Of a stretch of DNA of 64,000 nt, positions 54,346 to 64,000 are shown piece after piece (the stretch's first letter is position 1; every line of letters starts with the position of its first letter). Location of the stretch: positions 31,000,001-31,064,000 of the forward strand of contig NC_043012.1 of assembly GCF_006345805.1 (NCBI RefSeq). Direction: 5' to 3'. The position numbers and the translations under genes are program-made. This stretch comes from Octopus sinensis. Lineage: Eukaryota. The notes below the pieces were generated by a model that saw nothing but the letters and a program-made list of their open reading frames with translations, made no database searches and had not been told where the DNA came from.

Positions 54346-55084
54346 GAGAGAATATAAAGAAAATTAAAGAGGTATGAGATTTATTTCACCAGTTGATATC
54401 CATATGATTATGATCGTTTCGCAGCCAAGATCATGTAAAAATGATTTATTTTTATAGTATTATTGTACATTTTATTAGCTGATACAAGTATAGAAGGCTA
54501 TCGCATCACATCTATAAAACGTCATAGTTACCTCCGTTCTTCAACTCCAATATGCACATACAAAACGTCATATTTGAAATATTAATGTACGGAAAACGAT
54601 AATTAATAAAAAAAGGAATTTTTAAAATATTGTATTTACTCCTTATAAAATAATCATTGCTGATTAGATTTACTGGATTTCAACTGTATAGGACTACACA
54701 TTACTCCCATATGTATTCGTTTATTTTGTAGCCTGGATCATTTTTTTTTATATAACTGGATTAGATAAATCCATATACTCTGTATTATATATATATATAT
54801 ATAATCAAAATAAGCAACAAGTATATCTTCGGTAATTTGGTACGATCGTTTCATGCTACTTCATTTTATTAAACATTGTAAGTATTACATCAGTTTTAAA
54901 ATGTTGAGCAATCTTCAGCCATTTATAGAAGTCTTCCTTCAAACGGACGATACATATACTTATTTCCATTTCGTTTGCCAACATTATAAAGAGAGTAGTT
55001 ATACTGCCAGAGAGGTTGATTTGATTGTTAAGAACATGATAATATTAAAATTTACCTTCTGACTAATCTAAATTTTGCTGAACT

Positions 55085-55175
<91 letters not shown>

Positions 55176-56039
55176 TATGTGTGTGTGTGTGCGTGCGTGC
55201 GTGCATTTGTGTTTTTCCCTACCGTCGCTTGACACCGGTGTTGGTCTGTTTATGTTCTGGTAATTAAGCAGTTAGGCAAAAAAGATGGACCGAATAACTA
55301 CCAGACTTTAAAAAAAGTACTGGGGTCGATTTGCTTGACTAGACCTTCCAAAACGATGCTCCAGCATGGCTGCAGTATAGTGACTGAAACAAGTAAAAGA
55401 TAAAGATTAAAAAATTTTAAATGTGTATTCTCTGCAATTCTGCTTAATTTTGTTATAACTTCTCTTTGTTCTATAATTTTAGAGTGATTTGTTTTACTCT
55501 ATCTTATGATTTTATATAAACTGTTTTTTTTTTCAATTAAGAACATCACGGAAGACAGTTCAAGCATAGAGAATTGATTTCTGCTTGTTTAACTTGAAAT
55601 ACTTCAGTTTTCAACGTGCAGCTGTTCATGTTTCGCCTCGATGTTTTTATTCTTCTATCAACCACTATTCCCTTAACACATATATTTATGCACACACGCT
55701 ATTGTATCTATCTAGTAAGTTCTGAAAATTCTCTTTGAATGTAGCTTACATTCTACTCTTCTGTTCTTGTCAAAACAACAATAGAGAAGAGAAAATATAT
55801 ATAAAAAATAAAAAAGTAAACAATTTAAATTATATGCAGAAATAGTAACATTACGTCTCAGGGCATTTGATATTTGAATATTGAATTTCAAATCTCTGAA
55901 AGGAATCAAACAGCCATTCTGTTCTTTGTTGCTTAACTCTATATCAACCGTAATTAAGCAGATCAACGATCAAAGGCGTTCAAGCGTATCTTCTTGAACT
56001 TCATTATTCCGTACTAGTTTTAAATTTTGGCTCAAGACC

Positions 56040-56460
56040 AACAATTTCCGGGGAAGGACTAAATCGATTGCATCGACCCCAGTGCTCAACTGCTATTTAT
56101 TTTATCGACACTGAAAGGGTGAAAGACAAAGTGGACCCCGGTGGAATTTGAACTCAGAACGGACGAAATGCTGCTAAGCATTTTGCCCGGCGTGCTAACG
56201 ACTCTACCAGCTCGCCGCCTTATTTCATTACATTACGCTGGCTTCAAATTTTGGCACAAGGCCAGCAAGTTCGGAGGCTGTAAGCCGATTACATCGACCC
56301 TAGTACTAAACTGGTACTAATTTTATCAGCCCCGAAAGGATGAAAGACAAAGTGAGCCCAGGTGAAATTTGAACGCAGAGCATAGAGACTGATGAAATTC
56401 CCCTAAGCATTTTTCCCGGTGTGCTAACGACTCTGCCCGCTCTACGCCTTATTTCATTGC
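56040..56460 (-). mobile_element. Two tandem SINE family B copies
   Basis: A ~200-nt unit ending ..CGCCTTATTTCATT occurs twice. Confidence 0.85.
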
Positions 56461-56929
56461 CTAAAGAAAGTAGGATCAATTTTGAATGAGATTTCGTTGC
56501 TATTACTGGCATCGAGGGCCTTGGGATATGTGAGAAATATATGTCTTCTGATCTTGATCAACTTTATGACCATATTTAGAAGTGATTACTGAAGTGAAAC
56601 ATGGACAATTCCTCTGGTGTTCATCCCTTGGCCAGCTCTCATTATATTTAATGCAGGACAAAATTTGCATGCAACGCAGCAGATGGAATTGACAGAAGTG
56701 CAGTTTAAGTTTTGTGTATCTATGTACAAGGTTAGGGTCGGTGGGGGTGGGGGTGGGGTGATGATTGGAATAAAGGGACCTGTGTGGCATTGTTGCCCTC
56801 ATTACCGTAAACCTAACGGGAAACGATTTATTTTCTCGTTCGGCTCGGCTTTCCCTGCAGGTCATAATGAACGATCTTTTCCTTATTGCATTTCTTCGAT
56901 TTCTTCACTCCCTTATCCGCGCGCGCGTA

Positions 56930-57362
56930 CACACACACACACACTTGCACATTAACACACACACGCACGCACACACACACATACACACACTTGCACATTC
57001 CCACGCACACGCACGCACACACACTCACATGCACATACACACACTCACATGCACACACACAAACACTCACATGCACACACACACACTCACATGCACACAC
57101 ACACATTTGCACACTGACATGCGAACGCACGCACACACACACACCTACACACACTTGTACATTCACACGCAAACGCACACACGCACACACTTGCACATTA
57201 ACACGCACACGCACGCACACACACTTGCACATTCCAACGCACACACACACACTCATATGCACGCTCACACGCGCACGCACACGCACACACACACTCATAT
57301 GCACACTCACACGCGCACGCACACACACATACACACACTTTCTCTCTCTTACATACACACAT
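56930..57362. repeat. Degenerate CA-rich minisatellite
   Basis: Directly visible; explains the poly-HT ORFs. Confidence 0.9.
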
Positions 57363-57714
57363 AAACGTACACTAGAATTACCTAGTTAACTTATCATTCT
57401 TGTGAGAAAAATAAACGGTAAAATCGGAATGGTCAACGAAGGGAATTCCAATGCACAACGAGGGCCTTGGGTTGTAGAATAAAAAAACCCAAATCATTGT
57501 AATAAATCTCCATTAGAATTTAAAAAAAATGTTGGATAGCATCTATCTCACCAACAAAACACATAGACACTAATACACACACACAACACACACACACACA
57601 ACATACACACACACTCACACAATATACACACACTCTCACACAATCGTGGTTGTTAGGTTGTTGTGAAGAAAAAGAATGAAAATTGAGCTTTCAACACCAA
57701 CTGGATTTAATGCT

Positions 57715-58025
57715 CTTTTACTCTTTTACTTGTTTCAGTCATTTTGACTGTGCCATGCTGGAGCATAGGGTGTTATTCAGGCACTCAAATATGAGTCTAC
57801 TGCACTTTGTAGCAGAAACAGCTGTAAGCTAATGAAGTTTACAACATAACCATCTTTCCCCTTTGTTTTTATTTATACGACGGGCTTCTTTCAGTTTCCG
57901 TCTACCAAATCCATTCACAAGGCTTTGGTCGGCTCGAGGCTATAGGAGAAGACACTTGCTTAAGGTGTCACGCATTGGGACTGAACCCGAAACGATGTGA
58001 TTAGGAAGCAGCTTACCACACAGCC
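57715..58025 (-). mobile_element. SINE family A pieces (tail and head, middle replaced)
   Basis: Matches parts of 39384-39806. Confidence 0.75.
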
Positions 58026-58989
58026 CAAAAGAAATTAGTTTAAGATGGACCTGTATTACATGCTTTAATGTATTAAAAACGCTTTTCCCTGAACATGCGC
58101 CACTGAAATTGGAGTGCGCCTATTATGCCCTTGCTTTTTATAAATGTGATATTAAACGAGACTTCATTTAGTGTTTGTATATTTTATATAAAATTATCTA
58201 TATAAAATCACACACGTACATAGTAACACTTTGATCTTAGTCCAAAGGTTGGGAGCAATCTATCTATCAGTTAATAAATATAAGATTTATATGTGAGCTA
58301 CTATAAGTTTTACGCTCGGATAGTAGTCATCAGATCCACTTGTATAGCATGCAGTGTACTATTCTGCACTCTATTCAGGATCGTTTGCGCCTGAATGACT
58401 ACATGCTGTACAAACCCGCTAGATTATAGTACTGTCTGAGCATGAAACCTATCGTAGCTCACATTTAAATCTTGAGTTGGTAAAGGATACTTATTTTTCG
58501 AATAATAACGGAATAGTATATATATATATATATAATATATATATATATAATATATATATATAATATAGTTATCGCCATACTAATATGGCATTCTTATAAA
58601 AAAATAAAAAAGCTGTCCGCTTATTAGCTCCATGAGGCCATCGCCTTAAGTTAGCTATTTGATACACAAACTGTATCCATATAACCTTCGAACAAGGGAG
58701 GTCAGTCGCTCCACACTACTTGACCGGCAGCTACAGACGCGTTTCGGGGTATTTCCCCTTTTCATGGAGCTAATAAGCGGACAGCTTTTTTCTTATTTTT
58801 ATAAGAATGCCATATTAGTATGGCGATAACTATTATTTTCCGGGAACGCTGCCGCTGTTCTCTTTTAGAGAGACTTAGTTATTTTAATATTTCTATTATT
58901 GAAAACAAGTGGATGTATTCCCCACCGAAACTAGGTAAATAAAACCATCGAACAGAGATTGTCGGAAGCGACACCTACTGGCTGGCTAC

Positions 58990-59031
58990 GCTGCATTGAA
59001 AAGGGGCAATACCCCGAAACGCGTCTGTAGC
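58990..59031 (+). ncRNA. Minimal type I hammerhead ribozyme, U3-A8 variant
   Basis: Stem I GCUGCA/UGUAGC; core UUGAAAA; stem II GGGG-CAAUA-CCCC; GAAA; ACGCGU; GUC site at 59025. Confidence 0.75.
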
Positions 59032-59351
59032 TGCCGGTCAAGTAGTGTGGAGCGACTGACCTCCCTTGTTCGAAGGTTATATGGATACGTTTGTGTATCA
59101 AATAGCTAACTTAAGGCGATGGCCTCATGGAGCTAATAAGCGGACAGCTTTTTTCTTATTTTTAAAGAATGCCATATTAGTATGGCGATACTATTATTTT
59201 CCGGGAGGGAACGCTGCCGCTGTTCTCTTTTAGAGAGACTTAGTTATTTTAATATTTCTATTATTGAAAACAAGTGGATGTTTCCACCGAAACTAGGTAA
59301 AAAAAACCATCGAACAGAGATTGTCGGAAGCGACACGTACTGGCTGGTTAC

Positions 59352-59392
59352 CTGCATTGAAAAGGGGCAATACCCCGAAACGCGTCTGTAGC
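59352..59392 (+). ncRNA. Second hammerhead copy
   Basis: Identical core and stems II/III; stem I CUGCA/UGUAG; GUC site at 59386. Confidence 0.72.
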
Positions 59393-59617
59393 TGCCGGTC
59401 AAGTAGTGTGGAGCGACTGACCTCCCTTGTTCGAAGGTTATATGGATACAGTTTGTGTATCAAATAGCTAACTTAAGGCGATGGCCTCATGGAGCTAATA
59501 AGCGGACATTTTTCTTATTTTTAAAGAATGCCATATTAGTATGGCGATAACTATTATTTTCCGGGAACGCTGCCGCTGTTCTCTTTTAGAGAGACTTAGT
59601 TATTTTAATATTTCTAT

Positions 59618-59682
<65 letters not shown>

Positions 59683-59691
59683 ATATATATA

Positions 59692-60005
59692 TTCACCGTG
59701 ATCACCGTGACCGAACCAGGCTATCAGATGTTCCTACACATCGCTGGTCACAATGCACTTCGCATTATTTTAGCCTTCAAATGACGCCACCCCGCTGGCT
59801 AAGCGAGCAGGCCAACAGAAGAAAGAGTGAGAGAAAGTTGTGGCGAAAGAGTAGAGCAGCGATCACCACCACCCCCTACCGAAGCCTCGTGGAGCTTTAG
59901 GTGTTTTCGCCCAATAAACACTCACAACGCCCGGTCTGGGAATCGAAACTGCGATCCTACGACCGCGAGTCCGCTGCCCTAACCACTGGGTCATTGCACC
60001 TCCAC
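59692..60005 (-). mobile_element. SINE family C (tRNA-derived)
   Basis: Head GGAGGTGCAATGACCCAGTGGTTAGGGCAGCGGACTCGCGG..GTTTCGATTCCC with A- and B-box-like motifs. Confidence 0.8.
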
Positions 60006-60299
60006 ACACACACACACATTACTATAAACATATATCGTCCGGGACTGAATGAAGGACATATAAGGCATCTTTGTGTCCTTTCGCTCCATCGCCGACGATC
60101 ACCAGGTCTGTCATTGACAGCCCGATAATAATAATATTCTTATTAAAATAGTTTAAGGTTTGTTGATGCGCGTAAAACATCAATGAATAATGTCACACGA
60201 AGCAGCATTGAATTAAATGTATCCACGTAAAATCATATTTAACATGCATTCGGACTCGAGAAGGGTTCTGCTGCGGAAATAACCTTGGTATATATATAC

Positions 60300-60373
<74 letters not shown>

Positions 60374-60374
60374 A

Positions 60375-60525
60375 AGAGATCGATAGAATAAATACTAGGC
60401 TTACAAGAATAATACGGATTTTACAAAGGATAAGTCCTGGGGCCGATTTGTTCGACTAAAACCCTTCAAGGCGGTGCTCCAGCATGGCTGCAGTCAAATG
60501 ACTGAAACAAGTAAAAGAATAAAAA
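60375..60525 (+). mobile_element. SINE family A 3' part
   Basis: GGCGGTGCTCCAGCATGGCTGCAGTCAAATGACTGAAACAAGTAAAAG. Confidence 0.85.
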
Positions 60526-61954
60526 AATACCAAGTGAAAGGTAGCTGCTATTTGATACTGCCAGGTGTAATATTTATGGACTGAGCCTCAAAAAGCAGTT
60601 TTATTTTACGGATAATACAAGAACGGGAAATACATGAATGTCACTTTTCGGACTACAGATATTTGATATGCTAGAAGTAGTTAAAGATCTTGAAAAATTC
60701 TTGCCTCTCTCTTAAATGTTAGGCATGTAACGGTTAGGTTTTAATTAGTGTATAGTTACCAATTGTAACGGTTAAGATTGATTAGGTACACAATATTATG
60801 AAATGTCGGAGTCAGCAGTTGCAACGATAAACATTTGTTGTTATGACGGCAAGTTGTAAGATGTGAAAGATGAACAATGCATGAAGTTTTAAGAAAGTAT
60901 TTATTTACCATTACGTTACAATACCTTGCCTCGACGGGCAGGTTATGATAAATCCAAAAGCATGCGAAGTAAAGTCTTGTGTTTGTGTCCTCTTCATTGT
61001 TTAGTAGTAATTACAGAGAGAGATAGAATGATGTAAGAGAACAGAATTAGAGCTAGTGAGAGTTGTAGCGTGTGGGACGTTGTCTCACAGTTGCTGACAG
61101 TAAACTTCATTTCTCCGTATGACCAAGGTTCTAACTGGTCAGCCAGACTTCGTTGTCACCGGAGTGACTAACTGGTTGAGTCATCACCGATTGATTTTTG
61201 CTTGGGGTGTTCTTGCTTTTATAACTATTCAGAAGGATAGACATATCATTGAGAACAATAGATTTAGTTGGTGGTCTTGTTATCTATTTAGCTTTGGTGA
61301 GTAGTAGAAGAGGTTAGAAAGGGTCAAGTGGTGAAGACATTATTTCGGCCTTGCTAAAGGCATCTGGAAAATGTAAAACTGCTGTCAGATAAAAACCATT
61401 GTTCCACCGTGGGAAAAGTTCTGTTGAAGTGTTAATTTAAATTTGGCTATGGTGGATCGAATACACTTCATGCTTACAAGATCCACTACAGGTATATAAA
61501 AGGCTTTTTCGATCAGGAATAGAAACTGCGTTGCGGGACTGGAATATAAAATGCTTACGTCTTTTTTATGACTTATTTATTCTAAAAAGGGTAAAAATCA
61601 AATGTCGAGTTGATAAAATGTTAGAATGTTAGAAGTATTAAATTACTTAGAGGAAACAAAGTTGAATAAGACAGGAATTATGTATTTGTATTTAGATTTT
61701 TAATTTAACATCCATTTAGATGTCTCATTTAATTGAAGTTTACCTCCTTAATCTTTGTTTCTTAATGTAAATATTGTATAGTGTTAATGACATTTCGAAG
61801 AAACGGAAGTAGTTTTTCTAGATTTCCACTACAATGAACGTGTGTTCAGTTAATTGTATCCATTATCATTTTCACATGCAGAGCTGTAGGAGATTTAATG
61901 AGTATCTAACTACCGATAAATGAATGAACTTAACTCTTGCCCACTCTGAGTATA

Positions 61955-61966
61955 TGTATATATATG

Positions 61967-61999
<33 letters not shown>

Positions 62000-62283
62000 A
62001 AATATTATATTATATATGTTATATATATATATATGATATATATATTATATATATAATTATTATATATATACATATATGAGCTATTATATTATATATATAT
62101 ATATTATATTATATATATTATATATATAATATATTATTATATATATATATTATATATATAATATATTATTAATATATAATGTATATATATGTATGTTCTT
62201 ATATATTATATATTAATATATAATATATATATAAAAGATATATATTTATATAATATATATAATGCATTATGCATATATATAAC

Positions 62284-62327
<44 letters not shown>

Positions 62328-62345
62328 GTATATATTATAATGATA
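61955..62345. repeat. Degenerate (AT)n
   Basis: Directly visible. Confidence 0.9.
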
Positions 62346-62349
62346 TATA

Positions 62350-62560
62350 TTAAAAGAGATATATATCTGACGTCATGATAGATCGTTAGCCACTACCACG
62401 CATTTTTTCCTCTCCTTGTTTCTCTCTTTGTTTTTTCTGTGTACCTTTCTGTAGAAGAGCGTAGGCTCGAAACGTAAAAGACTTTTTCTATTCCTGAGCG
62501 TTATACAAATACCTCTGTTTGTTTTGTACACCACCTGTCTTCGCCTTTTGTTTTGTCGTA
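62350..62560 (+). mobile_element. PLE-like terminal repeat with a hammerhead-like motif
   Basis: CUUU CUGUAGA A GAGC-GUAG-GCUC GAA ACGU A AAAG at 62445-62480. Confidence 0.45.
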
Positions 62561-62566
62561 AACTCT

Positions 62567-62599
<33 letters not shown>

Positions 62600-62604
<5 letters not shown>

Positions 62605-62836
62605 ACTCTTTACTCTTTTACTCTTATTTGCTTTCAGTTATTTGACTACAGCCATGCTGAAGCACCACCTTTATTGGAAAAAATCGACCCCAGGACTTAT
62701 TGTTTGTAAGTCCAGTACTTTTTCTATAGTTTTGCCGAACCGCTAAGTTACGGAGATGCAAGTACACCAACATCAGTTGTCAAGCGATAGAGGGGGACAA
62801 ACACAGAGACATAAACATATACATATACATACATAA

Positions 62837-62884
<48 letters not shown>

Positions 62885-62910
62885 TTGCCCAAGGTGCCAC
62901 GTGTTGGGAC
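62600..62910 (-). mobile_element. SINE family A, partial
   Basis: Reverse complement of parts of 39384-39806. Confidence 0.85.
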
Positions 62911-63057
62911 TGAATATAATATATATATATACAATATATCATATATATATATATACAATATATATAATATATATATACAATATATATATATACATAATAT
63001 ATATATATATAATATATTATATATATATATATTGTATATATATATATATATATATAT

Positions 63058-63097
<40 letters not shown>

Positions 63098-64000
63098 TAT
63101 AAATATATTATGTAATATATAAGATAGTGGGGTGTTAATGGCCATTGATGAATGAGGAAAGTGATGAGGTTTCAGGTACATTTGAAAGCGTTTTGTGAAA
63201 AGTACATAAAAGATCGCTGAGCGAGAAAAGGTTGACAGATGATATAAACATCAGGTATTTCTTTTTATTCCATTTATTCAATTTACTTTTGATATATTGC
63301 CTTAATAATTGCTTTCCATTTATAAATTTTGAACATTTAATCTAAATTCTTAGTTGCCTATTCGTTTTTTTTTCGACATTCGTTTTTAACCTATATTATA
63401 CTATTATACATCTGGGTATTAAAAAAACATATTGGAATTACTACTGTGTTAAAGTAGATCATTGAAAAATGTCTCAGTATCAACAGGTGCAAAGCATGCT
63501 ATAGGCAGAATATTAATAGGATACAGAAACACCATTTGATCGAATCGATCTTTTTTAGTTTATGAACCCGTCTTCGTGACAGGACAAACACTCAAGACAG
63601 TTCTTACTGTTTGTGTTAACCTCACGCTGTCGCACGTGGACCAAATTTATTATATCGATTTGACGATATTAGTCATTAGACGTAGTAAGATAGTTGTATA
63701 AGGTACAACTGCCAACAAATATTGAACATGTTGCGTCGAATGACTGTAATCCTACAGTTTTTTGCAACCAAGCTAATATTTAACACAGATGATTGCAATT
63801 TTTTTTTTGTAAGAACGCTTAATAAATTATATTAGAAATTTCGATTCATTGCAGGGGAACAAGGTATGGGAAATGAACATGTGTAAGTACACCTGAGAAT
63901 AATTTATATATGCTTGGCGAAAATATAGGTGAATATATGTCAGTCTCTGAATAGAGCAGTCGAATGATGGTCTTTTTGAGGATAAGTCGTCAGCTTTGAC

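Larger units (their letters stand above)
58566..59620 (+). mobile_element. ~362-bp tandem repeat (about 2.4 units plus an inverted 5' partial) carrying hammerhead ribozymes; retrozyme or PLE pseudo-LTR type
   Basis: CATGGAGCTAATAAGCGG at 58763, 59126 and 59488; inverted partial at 58566-58764; (AT)n on both flanks. Confidence 0.85.

Noticed and set aside
56835-56930. Strong acceptor CCCTGCAG|G followed by an ATG
   Set aside because: Runs into the CA repeat with no donor.
58566-59620. CRISPR array or rDNA/tRNA array interpretation of the tandem repeat
   Set aside because: There are no unique spacers, the context is eukaryotic, and I see no rRNA or tRNA similarity.
60030-60075. CUGAAUGA plus stem
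   Set aside because: Followed by UUCG rather than GAAA.

Overview
This is repeat-dense, AT-rich eukaryotic DNA. The SINE families and microsatellite load suggest a cephalopod (Octopus-like) genome, which is an inference. No host protein-coding gene could be assembled, and nearly all listed ORFs are microsatellite read-throughs or decayed transposon frames. Recognisable content: a near-full-length CR1/L2-like LINE, five RTE-clade LINE copies or fragments plus a 3' tail, four Tx1/L1-like copies, R4/Dong-like fragments, Penelope-like (PLE) relics, Chapaev3-like, DD41D Tc1/mariner and mariner relics, MITE- and Helitron-like elements, and three tRNA-derived SINE families. The most notable signal is a ~362-bp tandem repeat at 58566-59620. 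Two units carry a minimal type I hammerhead-ribozyme fold with a compensatory U3-A8 core and a palindromic ACGCGU stem III, predicting a 361-nt self-excised, possibly circular RNA (retrozyme or PLE pseudo-LTR type). Other findings: further hammerhead-like motifs from unrelated repeats, Tx1 copies apparently targeted to (CTAT)n versus (TTA)n, a LINE ORF1 with Myb/SANT-like and CCCH modules, an RTE copy with a ~75-bp flanking duplication, a strong CTCF-like site and two candidate first exons. All motif and structure calls were made by eye.
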